A stretch of 64,000 nt of DNA. Source: Lama glama. Taxonomy: Eukaryota. The stretch is taken from positions 42,844,001 through 42,908,000 of the forward strand of contig CM052816.1 in NCBI GenBank assembly GCA_028534125.1, in the 5' to 3' direction. The position numbers were made by a program, and so were the translations under genes. Positions 1 through 14,401 of the stretch are shown here, piece after piece; positions within the stretch are counted from its first letter, which is position 1, and each line of letters begins with the position of its first letter. The notes beneath the pieces are model-generated. The model worked only from the letters and a program-made list of their open reading frames with translations. It had not been told where the DNA came from and ran no database searches.

Positions 1-927
1 GGTCATGTTTAGAAATTTCCACAAGTTTATAGATAATAGCACATCTGTACTGTTTTGTGTTTCAGTCAGTATATTGAATATCATCCTTTTAAAATAGCTT
101 CAGTAATATTCTCAGGGATACCTGAGGTCACTGCAAAGATTGCTTTAGAAGACTGTAAATTCAATGAAGAAAAATACTGATTAGGATCTTAAAATATGTG
201 AAAATATATTTTTGAAATGAAAACAAAGCCAGGTGTTAGTTAATAACTGTGAGTGTGGTTTTGTGGTAGCATGGCACAGTTACTGCCCATGAGCTTACTT
301 TTTTATAAGAAAAACAAGTCTACTTCCTGCCACATGTAGGTGATTGGGAAAACAATATAAAGCAGCATATAATGGTAAGTTATTCTCTGTAGCAGAAAAA
401 AAAAGCATGCAACTTAGTGTGTCCAAGGAGGGTATCTTGAAAGTTCCCCGACTGCTTAGCACAGGTTTATGTCGACCACTCCTTGTCACCCAGTAGCAGG
501 TACGTGTCTCAGAACTCATTGTTAGTTGTTGTCTTCCCAGTTAAGCTCAAAGAGAAGGGAAAAGACACAGGTTTTCTCTAATTACTTCCATCAGACCTGT
601 GGCTTACCAAATGGATAGGTCTTGGTTAAAAGGGCTGCAGACTATGAGTTAGAGTGCCTTTTCATTGAGGACCAGAATCCCTAAGCCTGTAAAGAAGCTG
701 TCGTGCCCAGCACTGTTCCAGGACTGTGTAGCTGAAACATTGTTTTCAGCATTGCCGATTGTGCTTCAGCAGTGAAGGTTTAGGTTCATGCGTATTTACA
801 GTGACAAATCTGACTGTCCTTATTCTTTTATTTTGTGCTTTTTAAATCTAAGCAATTTAATATTAAGTTTATAAAATGAGTTGATATGTGTTTTTTTTGT
901 TTGTTTGTTTTTGCCTTTTTCCTCTAG

Positions 928-1023
<96 letters not shown>

Positions 1024-1089
1024 TAACCTATGTTATAAATAACCTATTAATAGAAAGTGGTATAAATATCACGTTAGTATAAACAACGA

Positions 1090-1260
1090 TGATAATAATG
1101 ATAACAGGTAACATTGGAGGGCTCACTTTGTGCCAGTCACTGTGCTAGGTTCTTTGTATGTGGAAAATTGAAGCTCAGAGATGCCAGGTATCACTTCCAG
1201 GATCATACAGCTTGTAATGATTAAGCTTTGATTTGAGAGGCTTTGAGCACCGTCAGTCTG
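1090..1260 (-). mobile_element. MIR SINE
   Basis: tgtgccagtcactgtgctagg...gaaaattgaagctcagaga...aggatcatacagct. Confidence 0.6.
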
Positions 1261-1814
1261 ACATTATTATGTTTAAAAAATAAACCCAGAACTCAGCATA
1301 CATTTGCTAAAAATAATGAACATTTACAGAGATAATTTTGATTACATTTTCTCATTTTCTGTAAAATCTTCATGTTTGATTTGGTACTTGTTTATGAGTG
1401 CCCACCCTCCTCCCCTACCCGCCACCCGCATAGTTTAGATTTTTGTACTGCCAAATAGGAATCAGGCTACTAGTCTGAGTCTGTCACTGACTGACTGTTT
1501 TACCTTAGCATACCACTGCTGGATTTCATTTTTCTCACCTGAAAAAGAAGGGGATTGGCCTGATTGGCCTCCAGGGTCTTCTGGTTGAGAAATGGTAATA
1601 AATTAGTAAGTGGTTGATTATTTCAGCTCAGAGAATAGTGGGAGCATTACCCATACTGAAAAATCATTAATCAGGGTTTAGATATCTTTTACTGTATTTT
1701 ACCTTGGGTCTAATTCTGATTAATTAGTAAAACAAGCAGAGTTGGAAAAAGCAAACTCTTACTCCCATCAACTGGTAGCATTGGGGCAGTGGCATTACTA
1801 CAGTAATCTCTATG

Positions 1815-1920
1815 TAAGTCTTTGGACCAAGGGGCCCCAAAATTTGCATTTCTAACTGCTCCCAAATGAGGAGGATGTTGCTGGTTCCAGGGACTTCACT
1901 CTGAGTAGCATGGCTATAGG
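1815..1920. mobile_element. MER5A-like hAT MITE
   Basis: ggggcccc...aatttgcatttctaac...gttgctggttccaggga...cactctgagtagca. Confidence 0.6.
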
Positions 1921-2623
1921 TCAGTAGATCTTAGATGCTTATCAGAGTTACCTAAGTAATTTTGCCTTATTTTTCAATTATTTTTTATTCTCAAAGATAA
2001 TTTATTTCAGGAGGTAACTAGTAGATTTAATTAAAAGTGATAACAATAGAAGTAAGACTTAATACTAAATTCTTAATTAGTAATGTGTGATACGTAAAAA
2101 ACCCTGATTTCTTATAAAAGATAAATAAGCTTGAAAGTAATTTTAACTGTCACATAATCTATAAAGTCAAAAGCATAGATATAATTTTTAAAATACAGAC
2201 AATTTTAAAAATAAACATGTTCTCACTCTACTGAGATCTATGGAAGCTGAATTTCTAGGAGTGAGGACCTCCTTTTTAAAAAGCTTTCCAGTTGAATCTG
2301 AGGTGATTCTACTTCAGACAAATACCAGTATGATTAGATCAAGGGTGAGGGGAAAGGAAGAAGGGAGTTCATCAGTGTTCTGAGGAATTTTATGTGGATT
2401 TTTCCACCACTGCCTGGTTTCAAATGGAGTTCTGCAAGCATCTGTCAGCTTAAGGGCCAATTTAACAAGTTATTCTGGTCCTCTGAGCCAAGGGAACATG
2501 GTAGCCAAGATTGGAAAAGAAATTAACTTTGCTTTTAAGCACAGCTAGTGGTTCTTCCAAACAATTTCATTTATTATTATTATTCCTTGAAAACACATTA
2601 AGAACTTTTTTTTCCTTTTATAG

Positions 2624-2728
<105 letters not shown>

Positions 2729-3295
2729 TAGTGAATAAAGTACTACCCTTGTTGAGAAAATGAATACATGGTGGTATCAGATGTTAATGACAGCACCATT
2801 CTTTCTTAGGAACAGGTTGCTGTCTTTAGAGAACTTCAAGAGCTGATGAATAAATGACATTGGGATTTAATAGATGCAGTAGTCACAAAGAACAGAAACT
2901 GAGACTCTGGGGAAAAAAAGTGAGATAAAAAACTAAATTTAGTTGACATTTCTGGATTATTTATGAAAGCATTTTAGAATTCTTTTGATTGATAATTATT
3001 CATTTGACCTATGGGAGTGGTGCTGAGAAGCAGCAAACCAACCCATCCATCAGGACTGTTTTCTGCTCTGTATTTATCCCATTTAATTCTTCTACTTAGA
3101 TTTGAAGCAAGTGATTTAATTATGTTCTTAGCTATATTTTATCATAGGAACTCTTCATTTAAAGGCATTTAACAGTTGACTTAAAGAAAACTAAGATGTG
3201 ATGTTTACTGTATTGAGGTGCATTGTTTCATTTCTTAATTTTTATTGGGATATTTATTACCCTATGTTCATATGTTAACTTTGGCACTTTTACAG

Positions 3296-3437
3296 ACTGA
3301 AGGAGCAATAGGTTATGCATATTGGGTCTGTACAACATTGCAAGATAAAAGCAACAGAGAAACAGAGCTGTACCAGTACAACATCCTTCAGATGAATGCA
3401 ATTCCAGCAGCACAGGTTGTTTTGAGTAAATACATAG
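3296..3437 (+). CDS. SKIC3: SKIC3 exon ([47 protein letters not shown])
   Basis: tttacag acceptor, gtaag donor; 142 nt, phase 0/1; overlaps ORF 3245..3457. Confidence 0.94.
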
Positions 3438-5497
3438 GTAAGGCACCTGTTACATAATGGCAAGATATATGAATAACTGTCAAAATAATTTAAAGAGTTT
3501 AAATTAAATTTAAAGTTAATTCCAAATTAAATGCTAATTCTTTAAGATAGGAATTTGCACTTTCCTCACCAGTGACCAAGTATTCTGCATTAGTAAACTT
3601 TAGTAAGGATTGTTGAAGAGCAATAAGAATTATTGTTATCTGATGATTCAAGATAGAAGTGATTTCCATGCTGTAGTAGAAGGCATTTTGGAGCTTAATG
3701 GGCCTTAATGCTTAGTTTTGTGATTTACTTTCTCTGCAGTCTTAGGCCAAGTATTTTACTTCCCTTAACATCTCTTAATCTTGAAAAGTAGAGATAACAA
3801 TACTGAGGTTGCAGGGTTGTGAGAATTATATGAATATTATATGCTTCAGGTTCCAAACCCAGTGCCTTTAACATCCCCCTTTAGCACCTGCTCTTGCTTC
3901 AAGATACTGGAAAAGTATGTTTAGGCTTAGGAAAAGGACAGAATGCTGAAATTTTATTAACCATCTAGTGTAATAATTTCCATTCTTCCTTAATAAAACT
4001 AACATTGGGTTTCAGTCTCAGCTCCACCACTTAGCCAAATGAAATCTTGGGCTTTTTACCAAATTGAATTTCAGTCCTCCCTTCTATAACGCAAGAGTGA
4101 AAATATGTATTGCTTAGGATTTAATGAGATATATGTACAAAACATTATGCAGAGTACCCAGCCTATCCTAGATGCTCAAGGAATGTTAGTTTCACTAGCA
4201 TCTTATTTGTCCCTTGACAAAATTCTAATAAAGAAGCTAGGAGTTTAACAGAAATATTGACAGTTGAATAATCTGAAGAATCAGACAGACTGAAAAGTGG
4301 GAGAGAAAATGCCTCATCATTGTAATATGCAGGATGGTAACACTCGTGCACTGAGCCTGGGGCACTTGAGTAGAAGGCAGTTTCCAGACATCAGCACTTT
4401 GGGACATTAACATGTTATGCAATGTGCCAAAAGGAATGACTAGTGAATATCTAGAGCCTCTGAGAAAGTGTATGATCAGAAATTTTGATAGGTTTCCTTA
4501 CAGATGGGAAACATTTGTAAAGGATTTATATAAAGAGGTAAAGCTTTAGCTTTCTGCAAAATTCAGCTACCTGGAACATGAACAAATCATTCCCTGACAA
4601 TTATGCATAGCTAGGTTTTTGAGTCTGTAGTGGAGCCATACCATATATTCATTTATCGAACTTAACTATGTGTACTTGGCCAAAAAGTAAGTTAGAAGCA
4701 GGAAAAAGAGGGGCAGTGGACAAGAGAGAATGCAGATGAATTGTCTGTCCTGCTGTTTGCCTCAGGGTGAGTGTGGATGGAGGGCATAGATGTCTTACTC
4801 AGCTTGACTCAGTGTGGTGACCTGTCCTTGTGTGCTGACTTTAGGATTTTTCAAGAATCATTTTGACTATGTGATTTTCACACTATGCTTTGATGTTAGA
4901 GCCTAACCATCACATAAGATGTGATTATACTATACTTTGTTTAACAGTTTAAAGGATTTGAAGGCTTGCTTCCCAATACAACTAAGTACATCAGATGTAT
5001 TTCTTTCTTCATTAGTAGATACATGATATGTTTTGATATTAGAATTTCAAAATACTGCATTGAAAGGGCCCAAATCATCTTCTGTTTCTAGGGTACAATA
5101 CTGAATTTTTTTTTAAAACATGGAAATTGAAGCAGAACCACCAAGAGAAATTGTTACTAAATTTAATCACAGAAAGGTTTAAGTGATTAGCCAAAGAACT
5201 GAATCTCCTTGTAATTCAAATGACTAGTTTTAACATGAGCTACGATTTCAAATTATTGTATCCTTGGAAATAAAAATATTCAAACTTTGAAACATAAGTA
5301 GAAACCATATGTAACTATAGATGTTATTCAATACTTTTAAAGAGTCATAAAATGATGATTGGTATTTTATAGTCATGATGAATTAGATTACTGTTCTTAG
5401 CAATGCCAATGAAATCAGGAAATAGTCTGGTGTTTAAGATTTTGAAGCAATTGAAAGTAAAACTAATATTTTACAAACACAACCATCATGCACTTGA

Positions 5498-5614
<117 letters not shown>

Positions 5615-6007
5615 TAAAGGCACCGTTTAATTGAAATTTGACCCTTATTTGTCATTTGGCCCTTTTAAAAAAACAGAGTCTCATTTTCATGAAGAAAGTA
5701 CTGATAAAATATTCTGATTCTTTTCCTGATCTTTCATTATCTGTTATTATTACATCTTTGAAGGTAAAAAGATGCAGTTCCAAATTTTCAGCTGTAATTT
5801 GATTTCTTTTGCTCCTCCTGTGAGAGCAAGAGAGAGTGAGAAGATAGTTAAAAGTTAAAAGACCTGATTAGCTCACCTCTGAGGCACATCATCATCCTAA
5901 ATCTAAACAAGTAGATACTTGGAAGAAGACTTGTTAGATAAAAAAATAACCGAGATGTGTCCCAGATGCTTGCCATCGTGTACAGATCCCTCAGGCGCTC
6001 AGAGAAG

Positions 6008-6026
6008 CCATCACCAGATGGTGCTG
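6008..6026 (+). promoter_or_regulatory. Candidate CTCF motif
   Basis: CCATCACCAGATGGTGCTG resembles the CTCF core CCACCAGGGGGCGC; motif match only. Confidence 0.3.
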
Positions 6027-7149
6027 GAGGCTGTGCAGTCAAGGCTTATTTTGCCAGGTGTATGTGGAAAGAGGTCTGTTTCTTTCAGTGTTACAATAAA
6101 GTTACCAGTAAAGAAACTGTATAAAAGTGATAGAATACAGCAGTGAGCACGATTTTCAGAGAACATTAAGCAGCTTTTGAATGCTTGCTACTCTTGTGGA
6201 GCGTACATTATAATTGCAAATATCGTGAGTCTAACGCTGCTTTGCTTAAAATGGCAACTCCACAGTCACTGGGATATGCACCACTTTTTCTTGACTGATC
6301 ATCACTGTTTTCTGCCTTAAATGAGTGTTGGAGACTTGAAACTACAAATTAGGTATAAATCTAACTAGAGGTTTAATTTTTAATATAATACTATTTCTAT
6401 AATACTGTCTATTAGACTTCTCTGCCAAATTTCTGTTTTTCATGTAACTTCAGGGGCATTAAAAGTTTTTCATAGGTATTTCTCCCTGGCTAATCTTTAA
6501 ACAGAACACAAAACGAAACAAAACAATGAGCAGAAATTCTTATATCTGACTCCTATAGTTGCTGAGACATTTCCCTGCTTACCCACAGGGGACTGAGCAT
6601 GAGAAGGTAAAAATATGTGCTGTCGGCATGTTGTGTTTATTCTAAGCCTCTTGGGACTCTTGGTGACTCATTCCCTTCTCTGAATTCAGAGTAGCCTAAA
6701 TATTTTTCTGTATGTAACAGGTAAAGGCACATGAGAGCACTCCATTTCTTGGCTTCCTACCTCAAACTACTAGTATATAAATAATTTTAAGGGTGTTCTG
6801 TGTACCTCAGATTCTATATACTTCAAGTATTTCAAAACTTTAAAACATCAATACAGTTGTTTCCCATATTTAGATTAGAATTTTTGGATTATTTAGAACT
6901 CAAGTATGATAGATGATTTCATTTACTAAGAGGTCACTTTATTAAAGTTATTTTCCTGACAACCTAAAATCTAACTAAAAGTACGTTTGTGGTACCAATT
7001 TAATAAAATATGAATAAGCTGTATGGAACTAGTTAAACCATTAGTAGAATTAAATGATGAAAACAAAAATCTGTAGATCCAGTTAAGGAGGAAGAGTAAA
7101 AGAATGCTGTTGCACATGGATAATTTAAATACTTGTCCTTTTTTTAAAG

Positions 7150-7227
7150 GGCAGTTTTGTTATTACAGACTGCAGAAGACCGAGATACTTATAACGTTAC
7201 AATGAGAAATTATGGCAGATTGTTATG
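7150..7227 (+). CDS. SKIC3: SKIC3 exon (AVLLLQTAEDRDTYNVTMRNYGRLL)
   Basis: tttttaaag acceptor, gtaagt donor; 78 nt, phase 2/2. Confidence 0.92.
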
Positions 7228-7631
7228 GTAAGTATATTTTTTCCCATTAATTCTGTGAATCTGTTACATTTTCCTGGTGAAAGTTATGGGACTGGTGAGG
7301 TGATGTCCAGTTTCTAGAGTAGAGAGACATGTATAGATGAGTAGGATGGTGACATTCCCTGGAATACGTAATTCCCACCACACCAAGTGCTTTAACAGTT
7401 TCCTGTCCCTGTAAGGACACTGAACCCCACTGTGCTTCTTGAGGAGCAGCTGTGGAACTGATGGTTGTGGACTAGACAGGAGAACATTTGGAAGAGAGGT
7501 AGTTACTGCCTCTAATAATAGAAGCCTAGTTAATTGGAAGAGGATTAGATTTACTCTGATTTGCCATATATTCTAAAACTGGGGATGGAATTAAGGGTCT
7601 AGAAACCCTTTTGAAATAGTACACAAAATTT

Positions 7632-7651
7632 TGTGTGTGTGTGTGTGTGTG
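7632..7651. repeat. (TG)10 microsatellite
   Basis: Direct reading. Confidence 0.95.
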
Positions 7652-9396
7652 TACATTTTAGGGGTGGGGAGGGAGCCATTTAACTTCAGCTTCTCAAAGA
7701 TCTCTAACTTCAAAAAAAAGATTAAAAAAAGAAAAAGATTGGAAACCAGTTATTTCAGAAGATAGAACTAGGTCGGGAGAACAGACATGTTAATGGCAGG
7801 AAGTTTTTTGGCTCAAAGTAAGGATTCCTCAAGTTGAGAGCTACCCCAAAATTGATTGTTCCAGTTTGAAACACATTGTTAGAACTATAGTTTGATATTT
7901 TGGGATTAGTACCTACATCTTTTAAGGAGCTGCATAGTAGAAATCTGGGGTAGCCAACCAGTTCTTTTCTTTTATAACCATGTAACTGAATCAGAGCTAT
8001 AGACAAAATTTTTTTCCTGTTTTGATTGCTTCTCCTTTTAATTCTTTTAAACTGTGTGTTTAGGAGTTGGTAGAGTTCTTACAGTTCCAAGAGTTTGTTG
8101 TAGCAGAAGATAAATATGTTGTAAGAAACTGTATGGAACAAAATATCCTTTCTCTTTAGCTAGATGTTTCATATAATATAACTGTTTTAGAAGAAAATTT
8201 ATACCTACCATTGAAAGGTGGTCATCTGATTTCTTTTTAATTTGTTTTTATTATGAAATATATTAAACATGCAAAATACAGTAATGGAGTGTGGAGCATA
8301 ATTTAATGAAAAGTCAGCACTCAGAACAGATCTAAAATTCTGTTAATAGGCTGCGGGTTTCTTTTTCAAAGAAAAAAGTTACAAATAAAGTTGAAGCCCC
8401 CTTATGCTCTTCTCTAGTTCCATAGTTTTCTCTACAAAAGTTTGAAAATAGTTTTCATTAAAAAAAAACTTGTAATATATATGTATGTATCTATTAATAA
8501 TCTAAGGGAGTCTTCTTCCCTTTATTAAAATATTTATCAAAATTTGAGTTTATTGATGTTTAAATTCTTTAACCTTCATAAAACTAACTTTAGAAGCAAA
8601 GATTGCCTGTATTTTTAGCTCCCACCTACACCTGCCCCCAAGATTTAAAAGATTTTATAAAAAGATTTCCAATAACACATTAAAAATAGAAACAGCTTCT
8701 GATAACAGTGATAGATGCCAGAAATAAGAATCTCAAAGATTCTGTTCCAGTTGATGGTAGCTTCTCTTCATTTTTAAATAAACAGAACAAGTATTTGTGT
8801 GTTTGTGTGTTTGTGCATTCTATGTTAGTATCATATATGACAATTTTTACTTTTCTTCCTATTAAATACAGAAAAGATGATGTATAGTTTTGTCTGTGAA
8901 ATTTTAGTGTATCTATATGCCTTCCAAAAATGTGTGTGCAGTTAAAAACAGTTTATACAAAGGCGAGGTTTGATTCTGACTGGGTATTTTATGACTTGTT
9001 AACCTTGTCAAAGATGCTAGAACTGTACTCATAGGGTAATATTTAATTAGTGTATTAAGTTTAAAAAATTAGAGTTCTTTATAAAAGTCAACTTGAAATT
9101 ATTTTGATAACTTGAGAGTTTAATTCAAGTTTGTTAAAAACAAAAAGACACTGTAATTTGGCAGAACTGGTCATTTTCACATGTAATTTAAAAGAAACAA
9201 AGTGTGAAGTTAAATCCCGCTAGTACATCCTATTTGAAATAAGTGATATGCCTTCTATTTTAATGTCAGTCTTTTCTACAGCTTTAACATGTTAAATGAG
9301 TAGGTTGTTAAAGAACCTTGGTATGATGATATCTCTGTAGTTTGATAAATGAAAATGATTTTTGATATTAAAAGTAAGTTATGTTTTGCTTCTTAG

Positions 9397-9521
9397 TTCC
9401 ATTGGTGAATATGATAAAGCTATCCAGGCTTTTAAGTCCACGCCCCTTGAGGAATTAGAAGACATCGTAGGTTTTGCATTGGCTTTATTTATGAAGGGTC
9501 TGTACAAAGAGAGTAGCAAAG
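9397..9521 (+). CDS. SKIC3: SKIC3 exon ([41 protein letters not shown])
   Basis: tcttag acceptor, gtaagt donor; 125 nt, phase 2/1; TPR-like [10 protein letters not shown]. Confidence 0.93.
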
Positions 9522-10348
9522 GTAAGTATGTTGCTTAAAGCTAAAGGGTAGGTACATCCTACCAGATTCCAGAGAAGAGTTTAATCATGATAAACTTATA
9601 TACAGAAAAATGTGATATTAAGATGGGGGTAGGTGCTGCAGTGTTTATTAAAAATCTGACTAGGAGTCAGGAAAAATACTAGATATTTTTAGCTTGTTCC
9701 CTCATTTAGTATATTATTATGATGAATAGTCACCATAATAATGTAATCATTTAGCAGTGTTGTGAACTGCGTATTATCTTTATTATTTAGATGAAGAAAC
9801 TGAGGCCCAGGCTCTCTGATGGTACACATGTAAGGTAGCACTTGAAAGCTGGTCTTTACTGTTCCACAATGTTTCAGTATACGTTTCTGATAAATGAAGA
9901 CCTCAACCATTGTTAGTAATAATATACTTTGGTTTCTCCAAAAATGTTTATTGAGTACATTTCCATATAAATGGGCCGAACCTATGTGTGTGCAACTCAT
10001 TGTAAGTACCTACTGCTTAATGAAGTTCCTGCTCTGTCATGGGGATTTGGTTGATATCTCAATGGCTGTAGGCCTCCAATTCTTTTAATGTTACTGACTC
10101 AGAATTCTCTATAGATTCAGAAGATGCAGTTTGGGAAATGGCACATAATAATTCTAATGATATCCCCAGAATCACTGTGGAACAGCTAAACCAAGTTATG
10201 TTATTTATGAGTTTTTATTCTATTCACTTGAGAACAAAGGAATAATATATAATTTTAGTTAGACTATTTTGAAAGCTAGGATTAGGAAAGGAAAAACCCC
10301 AGTTTGTCAATCAGGGTTGCTTTTACATTGTTTTACTTTTGTTTCTGA

Positions 10349-10492
<144 letters not shown>

Positions 10493-11059
10493 TAGTTAAC
10501 ATCAACACTTGAGATGACCAGATCCTTAAATATTGGGTGAAAATTTAGAGTAACGTAAAATGACATTCTTAATGTTTTTGGAACGTTTTGGTGAATAAAA
10601 GGGATTGGACCTACCTGGTTTTGAACAGTCACAGTTAGAGCTAGAGATTATGATTTAATCTTAGTCCTGGATCCATCCAATTCTTCAAAGTCATTTTGTA
10701 CTCTGGGTGTATTATTTATTTTTTTAAAAAGAGTAATTGATCACCTAATCTGGTAGGATCTTGACATTTCTATTAAGGCAGCCGTAACTGGCTTGTTTTG
10801 GTCCTGTGGGTTCCCAGAGAGATTTTTTTTTTTCCTCTTCCCTTTTCAGGTTTACCTGATAAAGTTCAGTTAAAATTGAGTCTTTAAAAAAAAACCACGA
10901 TATAACTTATAACTATTTATATAATTTCTGTTACTAAAACAACATCCTCTGATATCTATGGTTAATTATGTGGTATTTTTTTGACTTCTTGAAATTTTTT
11001 CTTTTTTGTGAAAGCTTAATTCCTTCAGAAGTAGTAGATGATTAATAAATGCTATTGAG

Positions 11060-11292
11060 ACAGTGGTTATCAATGAGTGCTTTATTGGCATTTTAAGGGT
11101 TATGAATCCTCATAGTACAAAATTGCCTCCCTGTTGCAGCGAGATTGCATCCTTGTCCCACATCTGTTAAATGCTAATAGCACTCTTCAATCATTGTGAA
11201 AACTAAAAGTGTCTCCATATATCTCCAGTTATGCTCCCCCATCCAACGGTGGGGGCAGGGAGATGATTAGCTGGTATTAGTTGAGAACGACT
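11060..11292. mobile_element. hAT-Charlie MITE (MER20 group)
   Basis: TIR-like CAGTGGTTATCAA...TTGAGAACGACT. Confidence 0.55.
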
Positions 11293-13270
11293 TCTGTAGG
11301 ATAAGCTCTATATTTGTGTATTCATTGTGATACTTTTGTCCCATCCTGACTAAAGTAATTTTCTTGTGTAATAAATAAACAATTCTTTCTCCTCCTTTTA
11401 GCTATTTTGAGAAAACCAATCAAAATTTTAAAAAAATCTTGTCACTTTACATGGATGCACTCATGTAATGTGAATATATGGCTATGTAACATTCAGAGAA
11501 CCCAAAGTTGCAAATGGCTTGGGGAGAAGAATCAAAGATGCCCTTGTATTACTGCAGGTATCAAGAACAAAAGCAACCCCAATTTAGACACAATTAGATT
11601 AGTCTTGGGTTACTATTTAAAACAGTAACATTAGTGGAAGTAGGGAAAAGTGATAGAATATAGTCTTATTCTTTTCCCCTTTTATTGTAAGGGAAAACCT
11701 TTATCTTCTTTTTTTGTGGTGTTGGTTCCAGGGCTAGATATTTTATCTACTTCATGTTTCTTTGTTTTTGATTCTCTGCATGTCATCTTTTAAACTTAAC
11801 GCTACCAACTGCTCCCTTTCCTGCTCCTTGGCATTCTTTTCTTTGACTTCCTTTCTGTGAAGAATACAGTTACCAATTCTGAATTGATCGTGCTTGGCAT
11901 TCGTATGATAGAAACTAAGCAATGTCCTAGGTGCTTATTTAAGGGGAATATGAGTCAGTTCAACATATAAGGAGAAAAAAATTGCTTACCAACTTCATAC
12001 AGTTTATGATATTAAATAATTGCATATAAAATCCCTAGCACATGGTACAGGACAATATGAAGGTACTGCACATTCAGCACATGTTAACTTAGTGGGATGT
12101 AGTCATTTGATTATAGTTTAGATTTTGTGTATTAATAAATATGAGAGTAGGTAGGTTTTTCTCCTTTCTGAGTCAAGGCACAAATTAGAATTTCTTCCTT
12201 TGTTGTTAGTATAGGAATTTATATTTTAGTATTTGCTTTTTTTTAAGTTACAACTTACAGTATGCTTTATTTGTATTGATGGAAATGACTGTGACTGATA
12301 CTCTTCCCTGTTTGAATGCCTACATCTATTAGCCCTTACTGTAAAAAGAGTTACTGTGGATGCTTTAAGTACTGTGTACTCCAGAGCTGCCCATGAAAAT
12401 TCATGTTATACATGTTTGTTAAAATCAAATTCTAAGCAGTTTGCTTACCCCTCTCAAAAAATAATAGAAAGACATAGTGGTAGGTATGTGATATTTTATA
12501 ATGTAATAAATATTTGTTATATTTTAATAAACTTTATTTCAAAGATTTTCAAAATTCCTTTGTTTTGTTACAGTACAACACTTGTAATTATTATTTGAAG
12601 TATTACTCAGTTTGTAGGGAGCTAAGGTTTTCTTCATTTAAATTAATAAGGATTCCTAAACATTATTGACTTTTACCTCTGTAAGGCTAAATCAAATTTC
12701 ACAGTTGAAGAAGGGGAAAAAAAGCTGATTTTACATACAAAATTTAAGTTCTCCTTCTGTTATAAATATACCACTTGGTAGATATAGGTAGTATTTATAC
12801 TTACTATATATAGCATCACAGAGCAATAAGAAAAAGCTTTTTGAGAATGATAAAAAATCAGATCTTAGATTAAGGGTTTTCCGTTGTATAATTCATACCT
12901 TCTAGGATTTTTTCTAGGATTTTATTGAAACTAGAGATTTTAGTAAAACTATTCTAATTATTTATCTAGAACTGAGATCCAAAGAGACTGTGATGTATAT
13001 TTGTTTCTAAACTTAGATAAAATGACCAGAAAAGGAATTTGGCTGTTAATACTCTGTGAAAGGCCATTGGTACTTTTAACTGCTTCAGAAATTTAGGGAA
13101 ATTACTGTTCCTAGAAACCAAGGAATTTGCTTTTATATGTATCTTAAAAGCTGGGCTATCATTTGGTGAATTTATAAGTAAATTGCTTTTCCTACTAAAT
13201 GTTAAGTATGTTTTAATAGTTCCACACTATTGTACTCATGGCTAATAGGCAATTAAAAACACATTTACAG

Positions 13271-13492
13271 CTCTATCTTAAAGGAACCAACCACAGAAAG
13301 CCTTCAAACCCTGTGTGCTTTAGGATTGGCAATGCAGGATGCTACACTGTCCAAAGCTGCACTTAATGAGTTACTGAAGCACGTCAAACAGAAAGACAAT
13401 GATTATCAGAGGTGCCTTCTTACTTCAGCGGTTTATGCACTGCAAGGCCGCAGTGTGGCAGTGCAGAGACAGGCATCTAAAGCTGTTCACAG
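13271..13492 (+). CDS. SKIC3: SKIC3 exon ([37 protein letters not shown]...ASKAVH)
   Basis: tttacag acceptor, gtaaat donor; 222 nt open, phase 2/2. Confidence 0.93.
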
Positions 13493-14328
13493 GTAAATTC
13501 TGTTCTTGCGCACTCAGGGTCTGATTATGCTTAATGAGTTTGTCTTTGAGATTTGGACCTTATTAAGACTATACAATGAGGTAGGCATATATATTTGGAA
13601 ACCACATTTTGGTTTTATGAAATTGTACATAGGACCAGGTAACTGTACAGAGTTATTTCACCTAAAATGATTTAAATTAAAAATTCGGTTAATGAAGACA
13701 AGAGAACAGAAATTTTTCCTTTATTCAGATTAAGGCCCAAACCTTGTTTTAGTATGAAAGTCCTTACAAATTCTCAAGTGTGTGATATTGTCAGCTTGTT
13801 ATCTGATATTTTCCAAGTTTGATGGTTTTAGGAATTTTCTGGTCACTCAAACATCCATTAATATATGCAAAATTTAAAAAGCTGTCATCATTAGCAGTAG
13901 TGGTTATTTATTTATTTTCAGCAGTAAAGTGTTATGTCTTTAGTTTATTTTCCTTCCACCATTCTCATCTCTGTATGTTTTCTTTGAATATAACATATTA
14001 AATTTCCTTAACCTTTCTTAATTAGATATCATGGCTTTGTAATCATCACATTGCCAATTTTTCTTTCTTATTTTAATAAAGACTATAGGTGTATATATGA
14101 GATAAAAGTATGTTTTCTAAAAATTCAGACAGTTTCAACCACACATGGACTAATTGTGTCCATACAGTTACATTACATTACATGTGAACTTGTTTTACAT
14201 TATGAATTAAGATTATCTAAAAGATTTTAAAGTTAGGTATTAAATAAAATGTTGATTTTTTTTTTGATTTTTTGTTATTAAAGTAACATCTCTAAGCCCT
14301 CTATTTTTTTTTTTTATCATCTTTATAG

Positions 14329-14401
14329 TAACCCAGCTGACCCTGCTCTTTGGTCTCTGTTGTCCCGAGTGGTTGCCCAGCATGCTCAACGAAATGCAAA
14401 A
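14329..14401 (+). CDS. SKIC3: SKIC3 exon ([24 protein letters not shown])
   Basis: Long T tract + tatag acceptor, gtgagt donor; 73 nt, phase 2/0. Confidence 0.93.

Noticed and set aside
10825..10860. Strong-looking splice acceptor (T-tract + ttttcag) in a SKIC3 intron
   Set aside because: No convincing paired donor; the SKIC3 frame is already complete between flanking exons
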